A stretch of 64,000 nt of DNA, from contig NW_026250432.1 in NCBI RefSeq assembly GCF_024521635.1, positions 186,001-250,000 of the forward strand, given 5' to 3'. Shown here in pieces: positions 12,781 through 25,392 of the stretch; position 1 is the stretch's first letter; each line of letters starts with the position of its first letter. The notes under the pieces were generated by a model. It ran no database searches. It saw nothing but the letters and a program-made list of their open reading frames with translations, and was not told where the DNA came from. Both the position numbers and the translations under genes were made by a program. This DNA is from Tricharina praecox (taxonomy: Eukaryota).

Positions 12781-15700
12781 TCCTGCGGGCCAAACACATC
12801 ACTGTACGGTCGTCCTAGGTATCTTTCTCTCACAGTCCATCCTTCACCGGGTTTCTGTGTTTCACTAGGGTGGATTCAGGTCTTTTCGTATCTACCGACC
12901 TGGGGCTGACTTCAAGGCGGGTTTCCCGTAGACAAAAACGATGTCTTCCTTTCAGCGACCTCAAAAGCCTAGCCGCGTATATCACGTGGATACATAACTA
13001 TATGTGGCCTTTGCACCGTTGCGCATCGTTGATTTGGTCTTTGGAGGCATGGGCCAACTGCATCGTCAGCTTCTTGCGAATGTCGATGCGTAGGCCTGTT
13101 TTGACCAGTGTATAAATGTCTCTCTTTGCGTCCATAGGCGGCGGATAGAATCTTTATCCACTTCATCCTCTTCAGCCCCATCTCTCTGCTTCAACATTGG
13201 TGCTATACAGCTTATGCACTTCTCCAGGCGCAACTGGGCCAGCTCATCAAAAGAACCAAACGGCTCCGGAGTGAAGACACCAAGTCCAGACGAACGAACC
13301 AAAGGTCAAGGGAAGCCGGCGAACCACGGCCCTGAAATGCCCCGAAAAAGACCCTGAAAATGGCTCTGAAAATGGCCCTGAAGGCCCTGAAAGGAATAGC
13401 CCATTAATATCACAGAAAACTGCTGCATCAAGTAGCTCCATCATCGCACTTGCATCATGGCAGATCACGAGAACCTCAGCCGGTACGCCACGTGGACAGC
13501 AAAGCACCAGGCGGCAACCGGTCGGTCGTCAATTCTGCGGAACTGAGCTCCGGCCCCGATGGTCACCATGGGACAGTAATCGTATCGATAATCCGATGGA
13601 AAACTGTCGGAGACGGTCAGAGGCTTAGAGCTTCAGAGGGGATCACTGAAGTATGAAAAGACAAATGGCGGCTGGATGGGATTACTGGTCAGGGTGTTAG
13701 TTATTTAGGGCATGTGCAGAAATGGAGATATGATGACTCGAGGTATGTAGATACCTAGTTTTACTGACCTCAAAAGGGCCGGCTGTCATCATACCTCACT
13801 CCCAGAGGACGTTCTTTCGCCAAGTATGTAGATATCAAATATCATCCGCCGCTTCAAGGCCGAGTTGCGCCGTTCGCATATCTAGGTGGTGTTGAGGAGA
13901 GGTTCGAGCTGAACTGCCGCGCTACGAGTGACCAGGTAGATAGAGTAATCGTTAGATAGGACACCCGAGAAGGTTGGTGGTTCCGCATGGAAGCCCGATT
14001 CGAGCTAACGTGCATAACAAAGCCATTGTTTCCGTGAAACATGAAACATGGCTCGCACCAAACGAAACCACCCCCGGAAACCACCCAAAACGCTGAACGA
14101 ACAGTGGGATGCCGCACCCGAACGATCCCGAGTGTGGTAGTGTCCGTATTCGTGTTATCCGCTCAGTGTAGCCGTATGGCATGTATGGCCTTTTCTTCAT
14201 TTGTTTAATCACATGTGTACTCTCATTTAGCCTAGTATCTGGACTACTCTACCGGTACGGCGGCGTACATTTCTCCCGTTCCTGTCTACAGGGTACCAAG
14301 TTTGTACCGTATGGCTTCTCTTTTCGTTCCATCATACTCGCAATCAGTCCGTATAGATTACCTGTGGCGGTGTATGTACATTTTCTGTGTTTCCAGTCCA
14401 CAGTCCAGGTATGTTCGTAACTGGCTCGGTGTGGCCGCCCCATCCCCGCTCGCCCTCCGTCCGGGCTCGAATAATTGTGTCTGACCAGGAAACCGATCCA
14501 CGGGTGGCCCTCATAGAGCCATGGTATGTACGTCCGTATCTATGGCTTCGTGAGAGAGAGAACATCAATTTATTGTCACATATGACCTTTAATAGCATCT
14601 CTATGGCTTCGTTGGAGTGTGGAATACCGTAGCGCAACAGACGGATCGAGTGACAAGCGACGCTGGATGGCGGAAAGTTGATATAGTCGAATCGACGGGA
14701 AGAGAAGAGAGAAAAGGCGGAGAATTGCTAATGGGGTTGAATATCTAGCTTGCTCAAGATATTTTGTCCCCGGTGAAAGGCGACCTGCGCGGAAAACTGC
14801 GGCCTACTACTGCTAATAGAGTCCGGTCATCCCACGGCACTCGGAGAAAACCGTTGGTGCAAGCCCAGGATTTCAGCACATAGTAACCTACCGAGACTGG
14901 AACAGTGGTAAATATTCTCTAAACTCGCGTATGATATATGGTTGAAGTGTAATAGCTCAAGCACCGAGTTGAGTACTACGGAGCCACGAAGGAATCGCCG
15001 ACAACGAGGAAGCCGATGCCTAGGACAGAGACGCGGTAGGAACGGAACGGACACCGAGCAGCTATTTCATTAGCCGATCAGACCTTCATTATGGTCGTGA
15101 TCTAAAGCCGCCGAATCAGTTATGATGGAAAACAAGTCCCAGACTTCAGTACATGGCGGAATACCTCGTGACGTAAGCAACAGCTGAGCTACGATCCAAA
15201 TCAGTATAACTCGCCCGAGTCAGTAGTGGGGGACATGACAAACATTTCTTCACGACCAGCACGAGGTGCTTATCAAATGATCCGCAGCTTATGCGATAAG
15301 TCACAAGCCCCGGGCCAACAGTTTCGGTGGTTTATTAATATGCGGATTGGCTGGTAACTAATGGTGATGCATCGGAGATAGGCCTAAGAGGCGCCATCAC
15401 AGTCAGTAAATAGCTTAACGATCGTATAAACCCAAGACAGTGGGTGAATAATACTAAGACCTCGTTTGGACGCACCGTTTCCGTATTGTTACGGTGAGCC
15501 TGATTCTTTTTAAAAGTTTGGATTCAATTCACTCGTACAGAGCTTCTACTGCTCTGTAGTCAAATAACGTTTGGCGACCAAAACACTCAACTGCGAACTC
15601 TTACGCAACCACTCCTGTCTATTGATTTCAATACTGTCTTTATGCGGCGCATGGAGAAGCTTTAGAACTCACAATCGAAAATAGTAGCGAGCTATGGTTC

Positions 15701-16275
15701 ATCCAAATGCATCTTGTATCAAACTGCACTCCATAACTGCTGGGTCTGGTCTGCTGTCGGTGCTTGCCGAGAGACGTTCAAACGCCTGCTCGTGGCCACC
15801 TGAATACTGCATTTTGGTGCCGAAATTGTCACACGTTACGCTTTGTCTGACGGTGTGCGGTGTTGCGTAGGGTCCGAACGACTGGGTGCTCCGCATGCGT
15901 AGACTCTCATTCGTCTCTAGATACCACTGGTAGCATATTCTGTGGTTTTTTTAGAAGATACTAATGCAAGGCCACCATTGATACGAATCCGCCGTCATGT
16001 CCGATGCACTCTGCTGCGTGACCGACCATCATCGGAGATTCCACAACATTTCCTCAGCGTGTGCTTAAGCTCCCGTCACTCGTAATCAGCGCTGAGGGTA
16101 TGTTGATATCGCCTCCTACATGTTTCCCAGAACTGCGGAGCTCAATGGGCAGTGACGGTAAGTTATAAAGCGAGCAGTTCCGCAGGTCTTCTGGAGATTC
16201 CACAACAAGCTTCAATCCTACCGCAACAGTTACATACCTCCGGCCAACATACGTTCTTATAGTTCAATATCAACT

Positions 16276-17346
16276 ATGTCTCAACACTGGCTCAACATTC
16301 CCGGCAATGCACTCGTCATTGGCGCAGGTTTGTCCCCCACAACTTACAAGCCATCGAAACCCACCAATGCACTAACAATACCCGATCTGTAGGCCAAGGT
16401 ATCGGCAAAGCCACGGCGCTCGCCTTCGCAACGGGCGGCGTATCTGGCATCGTCCTGGCCGGCAGAACCCAGGCTACGCTGTCCCAGACCGAAGTCGAGA
16501 TCGGGGCCATTGCCGCCAGCCAAGGCCGCGAGGTCAAGACTCTGATCGTCATCACCGACATTACTAAAGAAGCGGACGTGATCTGTCTCCACCAGGAGGC
16601 GAAGGAGGTCTTTAGACGCATCGACTACGCCGCCAATACCGCTGGTGTAAGTCACCGCTAGCCCCCGCTCCCATGAGGAACGAAGGACAGAAAACTGACA
16701 GTCTGACACCAATGAAGCTGCTCGGGGACGACTTCAAGCCCACCACCTCGGTAACCGCCACCGAGGTGAACGCGCAGCTAGCCATGAACGCAACGGGTTT
16801 CCTCCTGTGCATGCGGGAGGCGATCAAGATGATGGAGACGCAGGAGCCGCTGTCGGTGCCGGGATTCCACACGGCGGAGCGGCCGGGGGTGCGAGGGTCG
16901 ATTGTGGTCAGGCAACAGTACCCATGAGTACCAGCTACACTATGGCCGAGTTCGCGAATTTGGGGATGATGCGGTGTGCGGGTGTGTAGATGCATATCTT
17001 TCCCTCCCTCCCTCTCCCTCCCTCCCTTGCTCCCGGGTTGAGGGGAAGTTTTACTGACGCGGGAGTGATAACTACAGCTACCGACTACGCCCTAAAGGAC
17101 ATCCGCATCAACGCCGTTGCGCCAGGCTAGATCGTCTCGGCGGGGCTCTTGGAGAGCAACAACAACACGCCCGAAAATGGTCTCAAGAGTGTCGGCTCCG
17201 TGCCGATTCGCAGGTTTAGCACGGTCGATGAGGTCGCTGATGTGGCCGTCTTCATGTGCAGTCCCAGAGCTAGCTATATTCATGGCATGAATTATGTTGT
17301 CGCTGGTGGGGTCGGGTTTGAACAGTGCTGGAGCGTCGAAGCCTGA
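16276..17346 (+). pseudogene. Short-chain dehydrogenase/reductase pseudogene
   Basis: ALVIGAG|QGIGKATA, IDYAANTAG, RGSIV and DIRINAVAPG are recognisable. There is a frameshifting deletion near 16910, the catalytic YxxxK reads YTMAE, and an in-frame TAG sits at 17128-17130. Confidence 0.85.
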
Positions 17347-18453
17347 TAGGTGCGGTTTGATGGCACTTTTGAAGATGAGTGATCCAGGGCTGGGTAGCCA
17401 GTGGAAAGCAGTCGGAAAGGGGCTTGTTGTGGGATTTTACGTGTGCAAGAGTTGAATTCAAGGATCTGAGAGTTGACCGTATGGAGATCACGAGTCGGAA
17501 TTATCATAGTAGTTACTTGCTCTCCAATACTAAAGTGATGTGTCTACTGCCTGGAGTACCGAGTAGAAAGAGGACATGTGCACCCAAAGCACCATATCAC
17601 GGTAGGTACGTACCAGTTAAACGGCCAGATTGACGTTTCAGTGAACCAAGAAACAATCCCCAAAATTACTCGGCAAGACATCACATGTATACTTAGGCCG
17701 ACCGCAGTGAAGGCTGAACTGCTTTACTGGCAGCAGGAACGGCGACCAGAACTTGCACGGGCGACACAAGTGGCCTCACCACCCATCACTCGCGGGTAAT
17801 CTCGGAGAAGGAAGTTTACTTTTCGAAAACAACAGGATAAATCAAGCAATTAACGATCCCACAAGACCAATCGTAAAAAGGACCTTCAGAATTCAAACTC
17901 TGAGGTAAACATTTTACTGATGGTGGTGGTCGCTGCCTCTCTGGAGGTAACCTCCCTTAGTACCCTCCCAGCCCCGTGAGGTTAGAGATGAAGCTCTACC
18001 GTCGCGATTAGATGCTACGCCACTGGCTATCTACCTTCCAGAGCTAGCAAGCAATCGCAATTGTTGCTTGGAACTTCAAGAGAGTGCGAGTGATGATGAA
18101 TGATTTGCTGGCCCAACGCCGTCCAAGCAAAACAGTGTTTACTATCGTCTAGCCTATTTCCGAGGCAGGCAGAGTAATGCTAGGCAGCCTCACCGACTCT
18201 CACCCTCATCCCCATCCCCGCCGCTGAATCGGCCGCCATCTCAGTGGCAGGGCTGATATAGGCTCTCTTCCCTTGTTCTCAAAGGAGCGGGCGGTCGGAT
18301 CGTTGATTGTTTGCTACGGGCGTTGAGCGGTAGGGATATTCACCCGCAGTTCTACATGAATTACGGATGGCCCGAAGGAAGAAGGAAACGAAATATTTGT
18401 AATCGTGATTTATACGTAGACCGCACCCCGGGTATCCATCTCAAATTCCATCG

Positions 18454-19619
18454 TTACAACTTCGCCGTCTTCCCACCTGCCCTCTCCTCTCGATCCTCCT
18501 GGACAAGTTTCGTAGCCAACGCCGCCAACTTCGGCGTAAGCTTCTCGTATGCCCCGGCATTCTCACTACTTGCCTGCCTCCTGGCAAACCGCGCCGAGAT
18601 CCCCTGTGTGATCACCGAGTTTCTACAGAGCATGAACGCAAGCCCCCAATTCTGTCCGTGCACCTTCCACCCCACAGCTTGCTCATAGACCTTGACCGCC
18701 TCCTCCCTACTCGGCAGGCCCGGGGTCTTTCCCGGCAAAAAGTCCGTGGCGCCCGGCGACAAGCTCGCTTCCGGATTCGTCGCGAACAGGAAAGGGGAGA
18801 GCAGATTGCACAGGTCGCTAAGCGGATGTCCCAGCGTGGACAATTCCCAGTCGAGGATTCCGACGACGCGCGGCTCGGTGGGGTGGAAAATCAGGTTGTC
18901 GATCTTGTAGTCGCCATGGATGATGACGGTGCGGTCCTCGGGCAGGGTTTTCGAGAAGTACTCCATGTTCTCGGCGAAATTCGGGATCGGGCCGACTTCT
19001 GCGCCGGTGTCGATATCGCGGGCGGCGCCCTGCGCCGCGCTGATCGTTGCTAGAGTCCGGATCTGGCGCGTGTAGAAGCCGCTGGGCTTACCGTAGCCCT
19101 CCAGGCTAACGTCGCGGAAATCGGTCTGGTGCAACAGCGCCAGTGTCGTCAGCGCCGAGTTCCACATCGCCTTGCGGTCGGCGGGTGAGACTCCCGGGAT
19201 CGACGGGTTGGAGAAGATCCGCCCAGCGACGAACTCCATCACGTAGAACGGCGTGTCGAGCACCGTCGAGTCCTCGCATAGGATTATGGCTTTGGGAGCC
19301 GGGACCGGAGTGGGCGAGAGCGCTGCTAGCACCCGGTATTCGCGCTCGACGGCGTGTGCGGTTGGGTTCAGAAGCTTTCCGGGAGGCTTCTTGCGCAGGA
19401 CGTATTGCGCGCCGTTGGAGGCCGTCAGGAGATATGTGGGGTTCGATTGGCCGTAGCCGAACTGCGCGGCGCCACGGGGAGTCAGTGATGCTGAAGGAGG
19501 ATCGGCAGAGGGACGGTACCTACCTGCTTGACGTCCAGAGGGGCTTGGATGTAGGTTTTTGCGGCCAGGTATCGCTCGAGCGCTGGAATGTCGATGGGTT
19601 GACGTATTGGGCCGGCCAT
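18454..19619 (-). CDS. APH-family phosphotransferase-like protein (ACAD10/11 N-terminal type), probably peroxisomal; exons 19619-19524, 19461-18454
   Basis: [58 protein letters not shown]-terminal AKL is a PTS1. Confidence 0.9.
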
Positions 19620-20300
19620 TTTTGCTGTAGTTGTGATGAAGTCGAGGAGGTGTGGAAGTGGCAGGCTGTGGGGGATGTCACATAGTGATAAGACATGCCG
19701 AGGTTCGGTTCATGTAAGGCACACGAGGGCGACGCGACGACCGAGATGCCGATCATGTGTGGGGAAGCCGCCGCGGCCGCGCCACGTTAGGTAGTCGGCA
19801 ATGGAGAATCGGGTTGGGACGTTGGAGGCTATGTAGAGTACGTGCATTCGGAAAACTCCGTCATTTGCGTTGGAAGAACTCTGGATCTGCCATGCGAGCT
19901 ATCTACAAGTATCTACTTGTACAGCGCCAGTGCAAGCATGTAACTATTATTTACAGGCACCTCTTGTACGTACAGTTGTGGCTTGATTCCGAATCACAAA
20001 GTTGTTGGACATTCTCTGCAACACTGAACACTGCACAGTGCAATGGAAGCCTTTCCCTATATATTCGTGTCCTAGAAATGGCACGTGTCCACGCTTATTT
20101 AGCGGACAATCGCGATCGAGCGCTGGGGTCTCGCTTCGCCCCGTGTCACTGATTGACCCCTACACGAAACCCACACGGCTGGCATGGCGGAGGCAGTGCG
20201 GCTGATCCTCGTTGGAAGAGGGGACAGGTAACGGGAACACTCAGCTCTACCTATTCTTCACATCCGCCTTCGTTCTCTCAGCGCGAGCCCGAACCCAACG

Positions 20301-22733
20301 ATGGCTGCCGTCCATGAGTATTCACAGCAACCAAAACCGCATGGCCAGCACCAAGAGCCAAGCTATCAGCTGCCGCCCGGCGGGGAACCCACGCCAGCTG
20401 CTCACGGGAGCTACGGCCAGTTTCCATATGCGCACACGAGTCCGCCGCAACAACCTCTCTCACTCGGATATCAGCCATTCCCGTCGTCGCCGCTATACGG
20501 CAGGCCCCCCGGCCAACTCTCAGAGCCCATGGGCGGTCCCCTTGTACGAAGCGCGGGGTATCCGCAACAGCAGCCACAACCACCTCAGTCCGGCGCTGGC
20601 CCCAGCCAATCGCCATTCGGCTATCAAAATCACAATCCACAGCTCCCGCAACCTGTGCCTCAACCGCCACAACTGCAAACCGCTCACCTCAGTAGACAGT
20701 CGTCACGGGTTTATGGTGGCCATGGGCACGGAGACTACGGAGGTTCACAAACCTTATCGACCCAGGGAATGGCGGGCGGATATGAACAGTATAACAGCAA
20801 CGAGCGAGTTCAACAACTAAGGAACGACGGACGGCCTGCTTCTGCTTGGTCCACGCCGCAGCACCAGCAGCACCAGCAGCATCCACCGCTGCCGCCGGGT
20901 TGGACTGCATACTGGGATCAGCGACTGCAAAAACACTACTATAGCAACGCTGCGACGGGGCAGACAACGTGGGAACCACGTAAGTACCCACAGGCCATTC
21001 ACGTAATAGTTACTGATGCCCCCAAAGCGCATGCATCGCAGTATCCGATTCCGCAGACCCCTTCCTTTGCCCATCCACCTGCTCTTTCTCAATCGCCGCA
21101 GAGTCTTCCTCAGCAATTCCATCCCCCACAGCAACACCAGCAGCGACTTCAAACACCCATTCAGCTACCTATGATCACCGCATACCCAGTTCCACAGACC
21201 CCACAGCCTCATAATATGGATTTGTCGATCGACACCGGTATGCAGCAGTACAAGCGCCCTTCAACCGGAACTCCGACCAATCAGATGCACATTCAGAAGC
21301 TTCCTCCTATCGCATCCCATGTCGAGCTGTGTGCTGAGCCAAACTCTCCAGTAACCAACAGGTCATCACCTCAGCACCCATTTGCATCACAATCGGGTCA
21401 ACCGTTGTCATTCTCGCCCGGGCCGCCACCGCCGCCAAAAGTGCTCGAAAAATCACTCATAATCACTCGCTTCGCCCACTCACCACCTCACTCGCAACTC
21501 GAAGTCGTTACAAATACCGCACCTCACCAGCCCGCATCTCACCAACCCGCCCCTCGCCAGCCCACACCTCGCCAGCCCACGCCTCGCCAGTCCACACCGG
21601 TAAACAAGGACACATCCGCTTACTCCAACTTCGGGCAAGCAATCCTGAGCCAAGTAAACACCAAGGTGCCTACCGGCAAGAAAACACCGGTCAAGAGGCC
21701 GCAGCCGTCCAATATAGATCCGTCGGTCTCGCCACTCAGCTCACCGCCCCAAGAGCCCCCCAAGAAACCCTCTGCCAAACGCTCCTCGACTCCTCCGTTC
21801 ATGTCATCAACATCGCACGGCCCCCTCTCCATGACCGAGGACGAGCTCTCTCCACGAGCAAGACGCGTAAAGTCGAACGACGAGGAACCACACGTGTCTG
21901 CCACCTTCACGGCCCTCGACAATGATCCCATATTTACCGGCTTGACGGTGAACACGGGCTTGAACGCACCACGTAACAGCGGGATGGTGACTACGCAGAT
22001 CGTGCGCGTCCATGGTGGGCATGGTGGGCACGGTGGGCATGGTGGGCATCAGGGGACAATCACGCCCCCTAGCCCCGCGATATCAATCCGGAATCCGAAG
22101 CCGGTCGTGCCACCCGGGGCCATGGAGGTGCCCCTGCTGAGGCAGAGGGATAGTGTTGTCAGTTATGGCTCTCCGGGTGGAGCGGCCGGAGGATTTCACC
22201 CCCCGCAGCAGCAGCAGCAGCAGGGTGTTCAGATGGGGCAGCAGCCGCAGGGAATGCATATGGGACAGCAGCAGCAGCAGGGCACGCAGATGGGACAGCA
22301 GCAGCAGCAGGGCATGCATATGGGGCAGATGCATCCTCCCGTCCACAGCAGCCAGATGGGGCATCAACATCAACAACATCCGCAGCAGCGAGAAGATCCA
22401 CCAGCGGACGGACAACAAAGCAACATAGTGGCGTTGCAGCAATACCACAGCGCCTTAGCGCAGCGCGCAGTTCTCAAGCACGAAGGAACAGCCGTCGATC
22501 GCCTCCGCATGCTGGCCGAGGACCTTGCAACCCTCTCCAATACCATTTACACGGCACTGGAGCGGTTGCCGGTGGGCTACGTCGAGGAGCTCGCCGGTGA
22601 GCTGAGTAACGATTGGGAAATCGTCGAGATGGATACTATGCTGAGAGGTGTACTGGTTACTCATGGAAGGGACGAGCAGGCTAGGCCGAATGAGAGGTGG
22701 AGGAAGCAGGGGCCGCCGGGGTATCATGGGTAG
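20301..22733 (+). CDS. Q/P-rich low-complexity protein with one WW domain; probable in-frame intron at 20980-21027
   Basis: 810-codon ORF with WW motif LPPGWTAYWD..YYSNAATGQTTWEP, followed immediately by gtaagt...ctgat...aag. Confidence 0.8.
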   Translation: MAAVHEYSQQPKPHGQHQEPSYQLPPGGEPTPAAHGSYGQFPYAHTSPPQQPLSLGYQPFPSSPLYGRPPGQLSEPMGGPLVRSAGYPQQQPQPPQSGAGPSQSPFGYQNHNPQLPQPVPQPPQLQTAHLSRQSSRVYGGHGHGDYGGSQTLSTQGMAGGYEQYNSNERVQQLRNDGRPASAWSTPQHQQHQQHPPLPPGWTAYWDQRLQKHYYSNAATGQTTWEPRKYPQAIHVIVTDAPKAHASQYPIPQTPSFAHPPALSQSPQSLPQQFHPPQQHQQRLQTPIQLPMITAYPVPQTPQPHNMDLSIDTGMQQYKRPSTGTPTNQMHIQKLPPIASHVELCAEPNSPVTNRSSPQHPFASQSGQPLSFSPGPPPPPKVLEKSLIITRFAHSPPHSQLEVVTNTAPHQPASHQPAPRQPTPRQPTPRQSTPVNKDTSAYSNFGQAILSQVNTKVPTGKKTPVKRPQPSNIDPSVSPLSSPPQEPPKKPSAKRSSTPPFMSSTSHGPLSMTEDELSPRARRVKSNDEEPHVSATFTALDNDPIFTGLTVNTGLNAPRNSGMVTTQIVRVHGGHGGHGGHGGHQGTITPPSPAISIRNPKPVVPPGAMEVPLLRQRDSVVSYGSPGGAAGGFHPPQQQQQQGVQMGQQPQGMHMGQQQQQGTQMGQQQQQGMHMGQMHPPVHSSQMGHQHQQHPQQREDPPADGQQSNIVALQQYHSALAQRAVLKHEGTAVDRLRMLAEDLATLSNTIYTALERLPVGYVEELAGELSNDWEIVEMDTMLRGVLVTHGRDEQARPNERWRKQGPPGYHG

Positions 22734-23284
22734 TAGGTACTAGTAGATTGTGGGCTATATAGTGGTAATTGGTGGGTGGATGGAGCAGGTTACGTGGGTG
22801 TTGTGCGGTGTGAGGTGTTTGGGGTGTTGTGTTCATACCATAGTTAGTTCATTCGGTGTTTTGACTTTATTTTTGCCCTGTAGGTGGGATATGAGATTGC
22901 AATACTATATGAAGGGATACCCATATGTTAATGGCGGAAAACGATTAGCCTTCTCAGAGGTCTTGGAAGTTGGACGTTATGAGGGTGCACTCGGTGAGGA
23001 AAGATATGAACGCGGGAGAAGTGTTGTACCGCATGTACAACCCAGCTTTGCAAAGCTCATTCACGCTGATCCTGCTTCAAACACCTAGCTACACTAAAGT
23101 GTGTGGGCTGTTCAACCACCTATTCAGAAACGACTCGAGAGTTGAGAAAGCCATTAGTTATGTAGCCACTGCGATCCCTAAATAATCATCAGTTATCACA
23201 CACTCCTATCGTCCATATGAAACGCTTACACTACCAACTACCAACACGGGTAGCTACATACCACCAAGTCTTGAGCCCCAACCA

Positions 23285-24826
23285 TGTTGGAAGGGACTCA
23301 TGGATGATGGAGGTGATCACTGAAACGATTGAAATGGAGAGAGAAGTGAAGTGATCTGTTCAGGTCTGGGAGCTACAGGTACATACAAGAGAGAGAGAGA
23401 GAGAGAGAGAGAAATAAAACTGAACTTAGACCCGCTACCGCACCGAATGTTCCAAGCACCCACCACCGATCCTCCGGGCGGCTAGTGGACTACCTACTCA
23501 CAGGAACACACTCGTTCCCACAAACCACAGCCATGCTATCCCAACGGACAGCAACTCCTTCCTGTGAGCCAGTCAAGGCCCATACAAACTGTCAAACTTT
23601 AGTTGCCTGGAGATCTCGGCACGAGTTGAGGTTTGGCGGTGGAAGAGTCTCGACGGCCACGATGGACTATCAACGAATATATAGTTACGCGGCAGCGGAC
23701 TCTGATGAGCGGCCAACTTTGTTCGGCGTCCAACCTTAGGTGGCCCCTCAGTCTTAAAATAGAGGTTTTTGCCGTATGCGATAGGTTTTTCTTCTGTATC
23801 GAATAGAATATCATCACCTGTCTACGCAAATATTTCAACAGGTTATGAGCCCGGATTGAACGCTTTAACCCGCATCAATCCTTTATTCTTCTTTTCCTCC
23901 TCTTCAATCCTCTCCCCAACGGTTGATCGCCCACGATGACCGACTTCACCGCAATTTACACATGCGAACACGGCTCCACACCCGTACTCACTGCAAAAAA
24001 CTACCACCCGTGGAAGCACAACCTCATGGACTTCCTCGTTATGGACGACGCCCTCAACATTGTCCTCGGCCTAGAACGAGCACCAGCCGACATGGCATTT
24101 GCCCTCGGCAGAGACTACTCCAGACGGTCGAACAAAGCCTTCGGAATGATACGGCAATCCACCGAGCCGCGTATCCACACCTTTATCAGCGGCCTTGGGC
24201 ACCGCGACCCGCAACGCGCATAGGAAGCCCTCGGACAGCGACTCGACTGCTCTGCAGCAGCACGCGTCGCCACCCTCATCCGGTTCCACAACTCATCGAT
24301 GCAACCCAGAACGCCGGTATCCGAGTACATCACCTACCTATGCGACATACAACAGGAGTTGGAAGGAACCCCGGACGAGCAAGATGAGAGGACGGTACTC
24401 ATGCGCCTCCTCACAACCCTTCCCAACGCATTCGTACACATAGTCGGCATAATCCTGAAAAGGGATTCCGGCTTGGAAGACCATACCCTCGACTCGGTCG
24501 CCGCAGTCCTGATCGAGCACGAAGCCGCCGGAAACCTTTGCGCCGCGTCGGCTGGGTCGAGCCCTAACACCGCCGCCGGTACTACTGTTCAGGCGGTGGC
24601 GACCAATACCAATACCAATGCGAGGAACTCGGGAAAATATGCGAAGCGTATCAAGGGCCGCAGAAAGAACACCGGTGGTAAGCCCTACGACAGGAAGCCG
24701 GAAACCGCGGACCAGGATATCGTATGCTTCTACTGCACGAAGAAGGGCTATACAGCTGGTGAATTTCGCATGAAGGAAAAGGCAGATGAAATACGGAAGG
24801 AACACCGACACGGACGAGCTTCCTAG
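23285..24826 (+). mobile_element. Truncated Ty1/copia LTR retrotransposon: 5' LTR 23285-23840, PBS 23841-23852, decayed gag 23936-24826; no pol or 3' LTR seen
   Basis: TGTTGGAA...TTCAACA termini followed directly by GGTTATGAGCCC (copia-type PBS). Gag-like motifs LTAKNYHPWK, VSEYITYL and LMRLLTTLP, plus a degenerate zinc knuckle CFYCTKKGY. A stop/frameshift lies near 24221. Confidence 0.85.
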
Positions 24827-25242
24827 CCTAATCCGGTCGACACCCATCAGCGGATCAGAGGGTCAGGGCTGCTGCCTGCTGGCCCAAGATTGATCGGCTC
24901 GAGTGATCGGTTCGAGTGACGGCTCGAGTGGACGGCACTGGGATGGCGGTTGCGCTTCGGCGAGCTCAAGATCAATGGCTCTGATGCTGAGCCCGACTCC
25001 GGCCTCCTGACTCCTTATGACACGCGAGACTAGCTGGTGGTACGCGGGACGCGCGGGACGGTGCAATGGTCACCTAGAAATTGTGCTCTGGGCTACTTTC
25101 TTCATAAGTATTTGTAGATATAAGGGATTGTGCCGGTAACTATAGTAGTAGGTACTAGTAGGCCGTACACGAGTGACTATTTGAGTCCGAGGACACATGG
25201 CAAACATGGACTATCACTTGATCGTAAGGCACTGCACAGTGT

Positions 25243-25392
25243 TGATATTATGCGTCTTGTTGCCTGTTCCAGTGTCCCTGCTACTTTCCACTGTACGTAT
25301 GAATACTGCCCTCATTTCCTTTGTGACTGCTTAGGATTGTTCATGGCTTCTCACCAGAGTCAGCCTCTTTAGCTAAAAGCCTTCAAGCCCCC
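25243..25392. repeat. Dispersed repeat, copy 2 (see 855-1022)
   Basis: Same blocks as copy 1, with many transitions and small indels. Confidence 0.8.

Noticed and set aside
14600..15900. Possible transposase relic
   Set aside because: Only vague coding-like patches; no motif I can identify.
17128..17130. Premature TAG at a likely Trp position of the SDR as an A-to-I editing-restorable stop
   Set aside because: The gene also has a frameshifting deletion and K>E in YxxxK, so editing would not rescue it.
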